Part shown: positions 49,523-59,209 of the stretch, piece after piece | Numbering within the stretch: position 1 is the first letter of the stretch | How the letters are laid out: every line of letters begins with the position of its first letter | NCBI GenBank assembly: GCA_047602405.1 | Contig: JASGHJ010000002.1 | Span: 640,001-704,000 of the forward strand | Length of the DNA: 64,000 nucleotides | Source of the DNA: Anaeromyxobacteraceae bacterium | GTDB taxonomy: Bacteria; Myxococcota; Myxococcia; Myxococcales; Anaeromyxobacteraceae | Reading direction: 5' to 3' | Made by a program: the position numbers and the translations under genes | The notes under the pieces: generated by a model | The model's input: the letters and a program-made list of their open reading frames with translations, nothing else | The model's database searches: none | Told to the model about the DNA's origin: nothing

Positions 49523-49572
49523 GTCCCTCGACTCCGGGCCCGCTGCGCGGGCCCTATGCTCGGGATGAGCGG
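49523..49572. repeat. Palindromic REP-like repeat, copy C
   Basis: gtccctcgactccgggcccgctgcgcgggccctatgctcgggatgagcgg (reverse orientation to A and B). Confidence 0.8.
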
Positions 49573-50319
49573 GTCGTGGGGGAAGCGCCTCCCCGGAGCC
49601 ACAGCTCGGCCTGCCCCACCGCGAACGGGACCGCCGCGTCGACGCGCAGCGGGCGCGGGCCGAGCGTCACCGGGCGAAAGCCCTTCTCGACGAGCCGGCC
49701 GGCCTCGTAGGCGGTCCAGCCGCCCTCCGGGCCGATCGCGACGACCGCGCGCAGGCCGGGCGGCGGCGGCACGGCCTCGAGCGGCGTCGCCCCGACGAGG
49801 TGCGCGAGGAGCCGGGCCGGCTCCGGGAAGAGCGCGTCGAGCCAATCCTCCAGGAACGGCTTGAAGAACCGATCGACGGTGACCTCCGGCAGCACCGTGT
49901 CCCGGCCCTGCTCGAGGCCGAGCAGGAGCTCCTCCCGGATCGCGGCGGGCTCGAGCGCGGGGGAGCCGAAGTAGACTCTTCTCGACCCGGTAGCTCCCCG
50001 AGAGCGCGATCCGCTTCACGCCCATGGCCGCCGCGGCCTGCAGCACGCGCCGCAGCATCTTCGGGCGCGGCACCGCGAGGAGCAGCGACACCGGCGAGGG
50101 CGGCGGCGGCTCGCGATCGAGCCGGGGCCGGAGCACGAGCTCCGCGTCGGTCGCGGCGAGCACCTCGGCCTCTCCGAGGCGCCCGCCGACCACGCCCGCG
50201 AGGACGACCTCGCCGGGCGCGGCGCGGAGCACCTCGCGCACGTGGAGCGCGCGCCGGCCGTCGAGGCGCGCGGTGCCGTCGGCGCGGAGCTCGCCGGGCT
50301 CGAGGAGGAGCACGTTCAT
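49554..50319 (-). CDS. rsmE: 16S rRNA m3U1498 methyltransferase; apparent frameshift at about 49975
   Basis: HVREVLR, LAVPRPKML, RVEKSY, GLEQ, AIGPEGGW, LGPRPLRVD. Confidence 0.9.
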
Positions 50320-50346
50320 CGGCGGAGAGGTTACAATCTCCCCCCG

Positions 50347-50709
50347 ATGGCCACGAGCGAAACGGGCTGGACCCTCATCTCGGTCCTCTTCTCGTCGATC
50401 CCGCTGACGTCCTCGCTCGCGGGGATGCTGCACGCGACGGCGCTCGAGCTCTACCGCACCGACGCCGCGATGAGCCCGGTCGGCGGCGACCTCGTCTCCG
50501 GGCGCGTGGTCAACCTGAAGCGCTCGATGGCGCTGGGTGGGATCGCCGGGCCCGCCTTCGAGGCGAAGCTCGAGACGGAGCGCGGGAGCGGCACCGTCCG
50601 GTACCTGCTCACGAACGACGGGCTGCAGCTGATGGGCCTCGAGGGGCCCCGGGCGGCCCCGCCGCCGGCGCGCCGGGCGCCCGCCGGGAAGCCGCCCCTG
50701 CTCAACTGA
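50347..50709 (+). CDS. Hypothetical protein
   Basis: MATSETGWTLISVLFSSIPLT...; clean codon bias, TACAAT shortly upstream. Confidence 0.7.
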   Translation: MATSETGWTLISVLFSSIPLTSSLAGMLHATALELYRTDAAMSPVGGDLVSGRVVNLKRSMALGGIAGPAFEAKLETERGSGTVRYLLTNDGLQLMGLEGPRAAPPPARRAPAGKPPLLN

Positions 50710-50768
50710 CGGTGGCAGGCTTGTTCGGGGCCACCCCCGATTGGCACCGTACCCGCAGGGAGGGGACG

Positions 50769-53036
50769 GTGACCGAGACGGCCGGTGGACGGGGCAGGGG
50801 GGCGCTCGCCCGCTTCGCCCTCGTGGGGGCGAGCGGCGCGGCGGTGAACCTCGCGGTGCTGCACCTCGCCGCGGAGCGCCTCGGCGCGCCGGAGGTGGCC
50901 GCGTCCGCGATCGCGATCGAGGTGAGCATCCTCTGGAACTTCCTCTTCCACGAGGTCTTCACCTTCCGTGGTGGGTTGCCGCGCGTGCCGGGCCCGCTCG
51001 GGAGGCTCTGGCGCTACCACGCGGTCTCGTTCGCGGGCGCGCTCGTCCAGCTCGGGGTGTTCTCGGCGGCGGTCGCGGCCCTCGCCCACGGCGGCGCGCT
51101 CGCGCCGATGGCGCGGATCGCCGCGCAGGGCGCCGGGATCGCGGCGGCCTTCGCGCTCACCTGGCTCGGCAGCTCCCGCTACGCCTGGGCGGAGCGGCCG
51201 AGCGCCGGCCCGGCCGCCACGGAGGAGCGCTCGCTCGCCGACCGGCTCGCGCCGCTCGCGTTCGTCGTCGTGCTCGCGCTGCACGTGGTGCCGATCTGGG
51301 CGGTCGCGTACTTCCCGACCCAGGATGGCCCGCTCCACGTCGAGAACATCCTCGCGCTCCTGCGCTTCGACCGCTCGCCGTTCCTGCAGGGCTGGTACCT
51401 CGCGAACTGGGGCGCCCAGCCGAACTGGCTGACCCAGTTCCTGTTCGCGGGGCTCCTCCCGTTCGTCTCGCCCGTCGTCGCGGAGAAGCTCGTCCTCACC
51501 GGCTACACCGTGCTCCTCCCGCTCGCGTTCCGGTCGGTCCTGCCGACCGGGCGGCTCGGGTGGTGGGCCGCGCTCGCCGTGTTCCCGTTCGTGCACGGCT
51601 TCCCGTTCCACATGGGCTTCTGGAACTTCTGCTGGGGGCTCGCGCTCGCGTTCCTCGCGGTGGGCTTCTGGCTGCGCACGCGCGGCCGGCTCGGCCCGGT
51701 GCGGTTCCTCGCGCTCTCGGTGCTCTCGGCGCTGCTGTTCCTCGCGCACTCGGTGGCGTTCGCCTCGGCGATGGCGGCCATCGGGACGCTGCTCGCCTGG
51801 CGGGCGGGGCTCGCGCTGCGCCGCGCGCGCGGGCGGCCGGAGCGGCGGGCGAGGGTGCTGCGCGGGTGGGGGCTCCGCGCCGCGGCGGTCGTGCTCGCCG
51901 GCGCGCCGGGGCTCCTCCTCCTCGCGGCGTGGCTCGGCGCGCACGCCGACCGCGCCGTGGCCCGCATCCCGCTCCTCGAGCTCGTCGCCAAGTTCGCGGC
52001 GGGCTACGCGATGGTCTCGATCGACCGCCGCGAGCTCTTCCTCGGGCCGCTCGTGACCCTGCTCCTCTTCGTCGGGGCGGCGCACCTCGCGCTCCACCGC
52101 GCCGCGACCTCCTCCGCGGCCTCGTGGCCCGCGCGCCTGCGCCCGCAGGACGGCTGGCTCGCGGCGGCGGTGCTGTTCGGGGTGCTCTACCTCGCGGTGC
52201 CGGACGTGGTCTCCGCGGGCGCCCACGTGTCCGACCGCTTCGCGCTCACCTCGTTCCTGTGCGCCGCGGCCTGGCTCGGCTCCGGGGCGCGCGCGCCGGT
52301 CCGGCGCCTCGCGGTCGCGCTGGCGGCCGTCGCGGTGGTGGCGCTCGGGGTGCGGCTCGACAAGCAGCGCGTGCTCTCCGACCACCTCGCCGAGTACGTC
52401 TCCGGGGTCGCCGCCATCCCGGGCGAGCGGGTGCTGCTCCCCATCGCGGTCGAGCCCGCAGGCCCGCGCGACGAGCACGGGCGGAACCTCGGCTACCGCG
52501 TGAAGCCGTTCCTGCACGCGACCGGCTGGATCGTCGCGGAGAAGGGCGGCGTCGACCTCAAGAACAGCCAGGCGCACACCGACCACTGCCCGGTGAAGTT
52601 CCCGCCCGGCCGGGATCCCTTCCTCACCATCGCGAGCTCGCTCGACAAGATGGAGGGCGTGCCGCCGTGCCTGGACCTCCGGGCCGCGGCGCGGGCGCGG
52701 GTGGACTACCTGCTCCTGTACGGCGGGCTCTCCGACGAGCTCCCCACGTCCTGCGGGCGCGAGATGGCCCGGCAGCTCGCGGAGCAGTGGCGCCCGGTCT
52801 GGCGGTCCGCGCCCCGCGGGCTCCTCGAGGTGTGGGCGCCGCAGGGCGGCACGGCCGCCTACGGCCCCTCCTCCTCCGGCGCGAACGCGCCCGTCCTCCA
52901 GCCGAGGCGGATCGACAGGAGCCGCACGACGAAGGAGACCGCGATCGCCGGGAACGCGGCGAGCTCGCCCGGCACCCCCAGGCGCCCCGCGAGGAGGAGG
53001 AAGAGGGCCACGCCCGCCATGGCCGCCAGGGCGTAG
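50769..53036 (+). CDS. GtrA-like flippase domain fused to a polytopic GT-C-like membrane protein (3' end uncertain)
   Basis: RFALVGASGAAVNL..AIEVSILWNF...FTF (GtrA), then YFPTQDGPLH, PNW, MGFWNF and about 11 TMs plus periplasmic tail. Confidence 0.75.
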   Translation: MTETAGGRGRGALARFALVGASGAAVNLAVLHLAAERLGAPEVAASAIAIEVSILWNFLFHEVFTFRGGLPRVPGPLGRLWRYHAVSFAGALVQLGVFSAAVAALAHGGALAPMARIAAQGAGIAAAFALTWLGSSRYAWAERPSAGPAATEERSLADRLAPLAFVVVLALHVVPIWAVAYFPTQDGPLHVENILALLRFDRSPFLQGWYLANWGAQPNWLTQFLFAGLLPFVSPVVAEKLVLTGYTVLLPLAFRSVLPTGRLGWWAALAVFPFVHGFPFHMGFWNFCWGLALAFLAVGFWLRTRGRLGPVRFLALSVLSALLFLAHSVAFASAMAAIGTLLAWRAGLALRRARGRPERRARVLRGWGLRAAAVVLAGAPGLLLLAAWLGAHADRAVARIPLLELVAKFAAGYAMVSIDRRELFLGPLVTLLLFVGAAHLALHRAATSSAASWPARLRPQDGWLAAAVLFGVLYLAVPDVVSAGAHVSDRFALTSFLCAAAWLGSGARAPVRRLAVALAAVAVVALGVRLDKQRVLSDHLAEYVSGVAAIPGERVLLPIAVEPAGPRDEHGRNLGYRVKPFLHATGWIVAEKGGVDLKNSQAHTDHCPVKFPPGRDPFLTIASSLDKMEGVPPCLDLRAAARARVDYLLLYGGLSDELPTSCGREMARQLAEQWRPVWRSAPRGLLEVWAPQGGTAAYGPSSSGANAPVLQPRRIDRSRTTKETAIAGNAASSPGTPRRPARRRKRATPAMAARA

Positions 53037-53521
53037 AACTGGCCCGGCTTGAAGATGAGCGGCTCCTCGCGCACGAGGATGTCGCGCAGCACGCCGCCGC
53101 CGACCGCGTTCACGGCCCCGACGAGGAGCGCCGAGAGGAACGGCAGGCCGGCGGCGATCGCCTTCTGCGCGCCGACCACGCCGTAGACCCCCAGCGCGAC
53201 CGCGTCGAGGATCACGATCGCGAGCCTGAGCCGGTGGAGGTGGCGCGCGAACCAGACGGCGAACGCCGCGCCGGCGATCACCGCGCCGAGGTACCGGCCG
53301 TCGAGGAGCACCGCCGGGACCGGCGACTGGAGGAAGAGCCCGTCGCGGAGGAAGGCGCCGCCGAGCCCGGTGGCGAGCGCGAGCACGCTGATGCCGATGA
53401 CGTCGTAGCGCTTGTGCACCCCGGCGAGCGCGCCGGAGGTCGCGAACAGGAACGCCGCCGCCATGTCGAAGGCCGCCGGGAGCTGGAAGGGGCCCTCGGG
53501 GATGTGAAGGAAGCCGCTCAC
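52859..53521 (-). CDS. TRIC / UPF0126 family membrane protein
   Basis: FATSGAL, GLGGAFLRD, LDAVALG, AVGGGVLRDIL. Confidence 0.88.
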   Translation of the reverse strand: MSGFLHIPEGPFQLPAAFDMAAAFLFATSGALAGVHKRYDVIGISVLALATGLGGAFLRDGLFLQSPVPAVLLDGRYLGAVIAGAAFAVWFARHLHRLRLAIVILDAVALGVYGVVGAQKAIAAGLPFLSALLVGAVNAVGGGVLRDILVREEPLIFKPGQFYALAAMAGVALFLLLAGRLGVPGELAAFPAIAVSFVVRLLSIRLGWRTGAFAPEEEGP

Positions 53522-53546
53522 GCGGCGGGGAAGCTAACATGGCGGG

Positions 53547-54281
53547 GTGCCAAGCCGCTCGCCCCCGCCTCCCGGCGTACCTCCGGTCCGCCTGGTCCTC
53601 CTGAAGCCCTCGAACCCGCAGAACCTCGGCGCGGTCGCCCGGGCCATGAAGAACATGGGGCTCGCCGACTGGGCGGTGGTGGAGCTCGGCACGCACGACT
53701 TCGCGACGGCGCGGCGGGTGGCGGTCCACGCGGAGGAGCTCCTCGACCGGCCGCGGATCGCGCGCACGCTCGAGGAGGCCGTCGCCGACTGCGCGTGGGT
53801 CGTCGGCACGACGCCGCGCAGGGTCCGGGGGCGGCGCACGCTCGCGCCCGCGGAGGTCGCCGCGGGCGTCCTCGCCCGGGCGCCCGGGCGGACCGCGATC
53901 GTGTTCGGCGAGGAGCGGAGCGGCCTCACGAACGAGGAGGCGCTGCGCTGCCACGACCTCTCGGCGATCCCGTCCGACCCGGAGCAGCCGTCGCTCAACC
54001 TCGCGCAGGCCGTGCTGCTCTACGCCTGGGAGGTCCGCCGGGCCGCGCTCTCGGCGGCCGCGCCCGCGCCCGCGCGAGGGCAAGACGGAGGGGCGGCGAC
54101 CGACGCGGAGGTCGCGGGGCTCGAGCAGCTCCTGCGCGAGCTGCTCCGGGCCTCTGGCTTCCTCGCCGGGCCCGAGCGGCACGCGGTGCGGGACCTCGCC
54201 GACGCCTTCCGGCGCGCGCGGCTCACGCGGCGCGAGGCGCGGCTGTGGAACGCGGCGCTGCGGACGCTCTCGCGGAGGTGA
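53547..54281 (+). CDS. trmJ: TrmJ/LasT-family RNA methyltransferase
   Basis: PQNLGAVARAMKNMG, VFGEERSGLTNEE, SLNLAQAV. Confidence 0.88.
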   Translation: MPSRSPPPPGVPPVRLVLLKPSNPQNLGAVARAMKNMGLADWAVVELGTHDFATARRVAVHAEELLDRPRIARTLEEAVADCAWVVGTTPRRVRGRRTLAPAEVAAGVLARAPGRTAIVFGEERSGLTNEEALRCHDLSAIPSDPEQPSLNLAQAVLLYAWEVRRAALSAAAPAPARGQDGGAATDAEVAGLEQLLRELLRASGFLAGPERHAVRDLADAFRRARLTRREARLWNAALRTLSRR

Positions 54282-54285
54282 GCGC

Positions 54286-54325
54286 CCCCTCACCCTGTCC
54301 CTCTCCCCCGCAGGGCGGGAGAAGG
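54286..54325. repeat. CCCTCTCCC-type palindromic intergenic element
   Basis: cccctcaccctgtccctctcccccgcagggcgggagaagg between convergent genes. Confidence 0.55.
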
Positions 54326-54327
54326 CG

Positions 54328-55350
54328 TCACGCGAGGTCCTCGCGGCTCGAGCCCGGGATCGACTGCGCGACGTCCGCGCCGTAGGCGCTCGACGGCGTC
54401 TGCCAGCCGCGCTTCGCGTCGCCCGCGAGCGCCCGCCGGGCGAGCTCGACGGCGGCGAGCGCGGTGAACCGGTAGGCCTCGACGTGCTGCGACCGGGAGA
54501 CGATCCGCCGGCCGTCCGGGCCGGAGGCCTCGCCGACCACGATGGACCGCCCGCGCTCGCGGGCGGCGGCGTCCGGGCCCGCCTTGCCGCGGGTGAGGAG
54601 GGCGACCGCGGCCGGGCCCACGAACGGCAGCCGCAGCGCGGGGGCGAGGTGCGGCATGAGGCGCATCGCGAGCCGCTGCTGCCGGGGCGCGGCCATGTAG
54701 GTCGCGACGTCCTTCACGCCCGTCGAGTGCGGCGCCGTCACGAGGTCGCCCCAGGCGATCGAGAGGCACGGCGCCGGGCCCCTCCCGAAGTCGAAGGTGC
54801 GGCTCGCCGGGTGGCGCCGCGGGTCGGCGGGCGCGGAGTCGGAGAGCGCCATCGCGGTCTTCGCGGTGCCGCGCGAGACGCCGCCGGTGGTCTTGAACGC
54901 GAGCACGATCGTGGTCGCGTCGGGCATGCGCCGCACGAGGTGGGCGGCCATCGCGTCGGTCGGCACGACGTCGAAGCCGGCCCCCGGGAGCAGCATCACG
55001 CCGGCCCGGCCGGCCTCGCCGGAGAGCGCCTGCGCGGCCCGGAAGACCGGGCCCTCGCCGGTGATGTCGAGGTAGTGCGCGCCCGTCGCGATGCAGGCCC
55101 GGGCCATCGCGTCGAAGGTCGCGAAGAAGGGGCCGGCGCAGTGGAGGACCACCCTCGCCCCGGCGAGGCCGCGCTTCACCTCCACCGGATCCCGGAGGCC
55201 GAACACCCGCGCGTCGAGCCCGAGCTCCTTCGCGAGCGGCTCGAGCTTCGAGGGATCGCGGCCGGCCACCACCGGCCGGATCCCGCGCTCGAGCGCGTGC
55301 CGGACGATGAGCTCGCCGGTGTAGCCGTAGGCGCCGTAGACGAGGAGCAT
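54328..55350 (-). CDS. Saccharopine-dehydrogenase-like NAD(P)-binding oxidoreductase
   Basis: VYGAYGYTG, AGR, HCAGPF, HYLDITGE, GFDVVPTD, SRGT. Confidence 0.88.
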   Translation of the reverse strand: MLLVYGAYGYTGELIVRHALERGIRPVVAGRDPSKLEPLAKELGLDARVFGLRDPVEVKRGLAGARVVLHCAGPFFATFDAMARACIATGAHYLDITGEGPVFRAAQALSGEAGRAGVMLLPGAGFDVVPTDAMAAHLVRRMPDATTIVLAFKTTGGVSRGTAKTAMALSDSAPADPRRHPASRTFDFGRGPAPCLSIAWGDLVTAPHSTGVKDVATYMAAPRQQRLAMRLMPHLAPALRLPFVGPAAVALLTRGKAGPDAAARERGRSIVVGEASGPDGRRIVSRSQHVEAYRFTALAAVELARRALAGDAKRGWQTPSSAYGADVAQSIPGSSREDLA

Positions 55351-55361
55351 CGGCTCCTTCT

Positions 55362-56270
55362 TTACCCTCCCCGGAGCGTCCGTTCGGCGGCCGCGAGCGC
55401 GGCCTTCTGGGGCGGATCGAGGGTGGGGTAGGCGAGGTCGAGCCCGCCGAGCGCGTCGACCACCGTCGCGGCCACCACGAGCCGGGTGAACCACTTGTTG
55501 TCGGCCGGGACGACGCTCCAGGGCGCCTCGGGGGTGGCGGTCTCGCGGATGGCGTCCTCGTAGGCCGCCATGTAGGCCTTCCAGTGCGCGCGCTCGGCCA
55601 CGTCACCGGCCGAGAACTTCCAGTTCTTCTCCGGCTCCCGGATCCGCTCGAGGAAGCGCCGCTTCTGCTCGCCCTTCGAGACGTGCAGGAAGAACTTCCG
55701 GATGCAGACCCCGTTGTCGGTGAGGTAGCGCTCGAAGGCGCGGATGTCGCGGTGGCGGCGCTTCCAGAGGTCGTCGCCGAGGAGCTTCTCCGGCAGCCGC
55801 TGGCGCCCGAGGAACTCCGGGTGCACCCGCACCACGAGCACCTCCTCGTAGTGCGAGCGGTTGAAGATCCCGATCCGCCCGCGCTCCGGGAGGTGGCGCT
55901 GGCAGCGCCAGAGGAAGTCGTGGTCGAGCTCCTCGGCGGAGGGGACCTTGAACGACGCCACCTGGCAGCCCTGCGGGTTCACGCCGGACATGACGTGCTT
56001 GATCGCGCCGTCCTTGCCGGCCGCGTCCATCGCCTGGAAGACGAGGAGCACCGCCCAGCGGTCCTGGGCGTAGAGGAGATCCTGCAGCGTCGCGAGCGCC
56101 TCGACGCCCTCCCGGAGCGCCGCCTGCGCCTCCTCCTTGCCGTCCTTCCCGAGGTCGCCGGTGTCGCCCGGGTCGACGTCCTTCAGCCGGAACTTCGACC
56201 CGTCCTCGACGAGGTACCGCGAGGCGAGCTTCCGCGAGCGCTTGAGGACGGCCTTCAGGTCAGTGGGCAT
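55362..56270 (-). CDS. ppk2: Polyphosphate kinase 2 family (class III-like)
   Basis: QAMDAAGKDG, VNPQG, HDFLWR, FNRSHYEEVLVVRVH, KNWKF. Confidence 0.93.
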   Translation of the reverse strand: MPTDLKAVLKRSRKLASRYLVEDGSKFRLKDVDPGDTGDLGKDGKEEAQAALREGVEALATLQDLLYAQDRWAVLLVFQAMDAAGKDGAIKHVMSGVNPQGCQVASFKVPSAEELDHDFLWRCQRHLPERGRIGIFNRSHYEEVLVVRVHPEFLGRQRLPEKLLGDDLWKRRHRDIRAFERYLTDNGVCIRKFFLHVSKGEQKRRFLERIREPEKNWKFSAGDVAERAHWKAYMAAYEDAIRETATPEAPWSVVPADNKWFTRLVVAATVVDALGGLDLAYPTLDPPQKAALAAAERTLRGG

Positions 56271-59106
56271 GCCCCGAGACTACGGCATGGGCGTGCGGCT
56301 GCGCGACCTCCTCGGCGCGCGCCCGCGTGCACCGGTCCACGAGGAACGCGATGGAGCGGTACGGCCGGTCGGCGTGGTGCGTGAGGCCGAGCTCGCAGGT
56401 GCGCGAGTTCGAGAAGCCCTCCTTGCACTCCGGCGGCAGCGCGCTCGCGAGCCCGGCGAGGGCCGCGGCGTTGAGCTCCGGGTGGCTGAACCCGCGGTCG
56501 CCCGCGAAGCCGCAGCAGCCGATGCCGGCGGGGACGACCACCCGCTCCGCGCAGCGGCGGGCGACGGCCTCCAGCTTCGGCGCGAGCCCCATCTTCGTGG
56601 ACGAGCAGGTGACGTGGAGCGCCACCGGCCCGGGCTCCTTCGTGAACGCGAGCCGGTCGAGGCAGTGGTCGTGGATGAACTCGGCGGGCTCCATCATCAC
56701 GAGGCGCGGGTCGAGCGTCTTCTTCATCCGCTGCAGACACGGGGAGGTGTCGCAGAGGATCGGGAGCGCGCCGTCGTCGCTGGCGGCGAGGAGCGCCCGC
56801 TCGAGCTCGCGGGCCTTGCGGTCGCCCTGCTCCGGGAAGCCCTTCGACTCGAACGCGAGGCCGCAGCAGAGCGTCTCGAGCCGGTCGGGGAAGACCACGT
56901 CGAACCCGGCCTTCGCGAGGATCGAGCGGACCGCGTCCGGGAGGGCGCGGTCGTCCGGGTCGGCGGCCGTGGCGCCGAAGGTCCGCGAGACGCAGGCCGG
57001 GAGGTACACGACCTTCCGGCCCCGGCCGGCCGCGACGTTCAGGTAGGGCGCCGCCTTCGCGGGGCCGGGGTAGGGCGGGCGCGCGCCGGGGCCGCCGCCG
57101 GAGAGCCCCGTGGCGCGCAGGCCTCCGAGGCCGAGGCGGACCAGGCCGGAGACGACGCCGAGCTCGCCGGCGATGCCGTCGGCGACGGTGTTCGCGAGCC
57201 CGCCGCGGTCCCGGGCGCGCAGCCCCTTCACGTAGACGCCGGTGTCGATGCCGACCGGGCAGGCCATCGCGCAGAGGCCGTCGGTCGCGCAGGTCTCCTC
57301 GCCCCACCACCGGAAATCCTCCTCGAGCCGCGCGAGCCGGGCCGGGTCCTCGGCGGAGCGCCGGAGCCGGGCCATCTCCCGCGTCACCACGATGCGCTGG
57401 CGCGGCGTCGCCGAGAGCGTGCGGGACGGACAGCGGGGCTCGCAGAAGCCGCACTCGATGCAGCGGTCGACGATCGGGTCCGCCGCGGGGAGCGGCTTCA
57501 GGCTCGCGAGGTGGGCCCGCGGGTCGTCGTTGAGGATCACGCCGGGGTTGAGGATGCGATGCGGGTCGAGGAGCGCCTTCACCCGCCGCATGAGCCCGTG
57601 CGCCTGCGGGCCCCACTCCTTCTCGACGAACGGGGCCATGTTGCGTCCGGTGCCGTGCTCGGCCTTGAGCGAGCCGTCGAAGCGGTCCACCACCGCCTCG
57701 CAGACGTCGTCGAGGAACCGCGCGTAGCGGTCGACCTCGCGCGGGTCCCCGAAGTCCTGCGTGAAGGTGAAGTGGAGGTTCCCGTCGAGCGCGTGGCCGA
57801 AGATGATGCCCTCGGCGTACCCGTGGCGCCGGAAGGCCTCCTGCAGCGCGACGGTGCCGGCGGCGAGGTGCTCCATCGGGAAGGCGACGTCCTCGATGAC
57901 CACCGTGGTGCCGATGCGGCGGGCGGCGCCGACCGCCGGGAAGAGCCCCCGCCGCACGTCCCAGAGCCGGTCGGCCGCGGCGCGGTCGGTCGTGAACACG
58001 GCGGGCGCGAGCGTCGGCACGCCGGCGAGGCGGTCGGTCGCCGCCGCGATCGCCGCGGGCAGGCCCGCCGCCGTGCCGCTGCGGACCTCGACGAGGAGCG
58101 CGCACGCGTCGGGGCCGAGCGCGGCGAGCCCGGGCGGCATGCCCGGCTTCGCCTCGACCGAGCGGATCGAGGCGCGGTCCATGATCTCCGCCGCGGACAC
58201 CACCTGCCGGTCGAGGGCCTGCACCGCGCGGGCGGCGTGCGCGATGTCGGCGTACAGGACGAGCGCGCTCGCCTTGTGCGCGTGCTCCTCGACCGTGCGG
58301 AGCGTGAGCTCCGAGATGAAGGCGAGGGTGCCCTCCGAGCCGATGAGGAGGTGGGCGAGGATGTCGATCGGGTCGTCGAAGTCGACGAAGGCGTTGAGGC
58401 CGTAGCCGGTGGTGTTCTTGATCCGGTACTTCCGGCGGATGCGGTCGGCGAGCGCGGCGTCGGCGCGGACCTCGTCCTTGATCGCGGCGAGCCCGGCGGG
58501 GATCTCCGGGTGGGCGGCGGCGAAGGCCGCGCGGGAGGCGGCGTCGCCCGTGTCGAGCACCGTGCCGTCCCAGAGCACGAGCCGGAGCGCGTCGAGGGTC
58601 TGGTAGCTGTTCTGGGCGGTGCCGCAGCACATGCCCGAGGCGTTGTTCGCGGCGATGCCGCCCAGCATCGCGGCGCCGATCGAGGCCGGATCGGGGCCGA
58701 GCTTCCGGCCGAGGGGGGCGAGGAGCGCGTTCGCCTCGGCGCCGATCACGCCCGGCTCGAGCCGCACCCGCGCGCCGCCGTCGAGCACCTCCCGCCGGGT
58801 GAACCCGCCCGCGAGCACGGCCAGGATCGAGTCGGACACCGCCTGCCCGGAGAGGCTCGTACCGGCCGCCCGGAACGTCACCGGGAGCCGCCGCTCCGCG
58901 GCGAGCCTGAGGAGGCCCGCGACCTCGGCCTCGCTGCGCACCTTCACGACGACCTCCGGCGTCAGCCGGTAGAAGCTCGCGTCGGTCCCCATCGCGAGGC
59001 GGCGGAGGGGATCGGTGACGATCCGCTCGGCGGGGAAGGAGCGACCGAGGTCGGCGACGAGCGCGGCGTAGGCGGCGGCGGGGCTGCTCGGGGCGGCGGC
59101 GGGCAT
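56260..59106 (-). CDS. FAD-binding and Fe-S-binding oxidoreductase (Dld-II-type D-lactate dehydrogenase-like)
   Basis: TDASFYRLTP, FRAAGTSLSGQ, GSEGTL, GHALDGNLHF, KAEHGTGRNM, CIECGFCEPRCP, CCG domains. Confidence 0.9.
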   Translation of the reverse strand: MPAAAPSSPAAAYAALVADLGRSFPAERIVTDPLRRLAMGTDASFYRLTPEVVVKVRSEAEVAGLLRLAAERRLPVTFRAAGTSLSGQAVSDSILAVLAGGFTRREVLDGGARVRLEPGVIGAEANALLAPLGRKLGPDPASIGAAMLGGIAANNASGMCCGTAQNSYQTLDALRLVLWDGTVLDTGDAASRAAFAAAHPEIPAGLAAIKDEVRADAALADRIRRKYRIKNTTGYGLNAFVDFDDPIDILAHLLIGSEGTLAFISELTLRTVEEHAHKASALVLYADIAHAARAVQALDRQVVSAAEIMDRASIRSVEAKPGMPPGLAALGPDACALLVEVRSGTAAGLPAAIAAATDRLAGVPTLAPAVFTTDRAAADRLWDVRRGLFPAVGAARRIGTTVVIEDVAFPMEHLAAGTVALQEAFRRHGYAEGIIFGHALDGNLHFTFTQDFGDPREVDRYARFLDDVCEAVVDRFDGSLKAEHGTGRNMAPFVEKEWGPQAHGLMRRVKALLDPHRILNPGVILNDDPRAHLASLKPLPAADPIVDRCIECGFCEPRCPSRTLSATPRQRIVVTREMARLRRSAEDPARLARLEEDFRWWGEETCATDGLCAMACPVGIDTGVYVKGLRARDRGGLANTVADGIAGELGVVSGLVRLGLGGLRATGLSGGGPGARPPYPGPAKAAPYLNVAAGRGRKVVYLPACVSRTFGATAADPDDRALPDAVRSILAKAGFDVVFPDRLETLCCGLAFESKGFPEQGDRKARELERALLAASDDGALPILCDTSPCLQRMKKTLDPRLVMMEPAEFIHDHCLDRLAFTKEPGPVALHVTCSSTKMGLAPKLEAVARRCAERVVVPAGIGCCGFAGDRGFSHPELNAAALAGLASALPPECKEGFSNSRTCELGLTHHADRPYRSIAFLVDRCTRARAEEVAQPHAHAVVSGHAH

Positions 59107-59209
59107 GGGACCCCGAGTCTAGCGGAGCCGGTGCCTCCGGCGGCGGGGCTCCGGGCGAACGGTCGTCCCCCGGGTGCGATCGGCCGCCGCGCCGCGGCGC
59201 GTCGGGCCG

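Noticed and set aside
50742..50757. Sigma54-like TGGCAC-N7-GC before the GtrA fusion
   Set aside because: -12 element is CCGC rather than TTGC and the implied TSS would exclude the SD-like sequence; too weak
46328..59106. Extended glyoxylate/glycolate pathway linking the aminotransferase and FAD/Fe-S dehydrogenase to aceBA
   Set aside because: Genes are separated by unrelated loci and substrate specificity cannot be read from sequence
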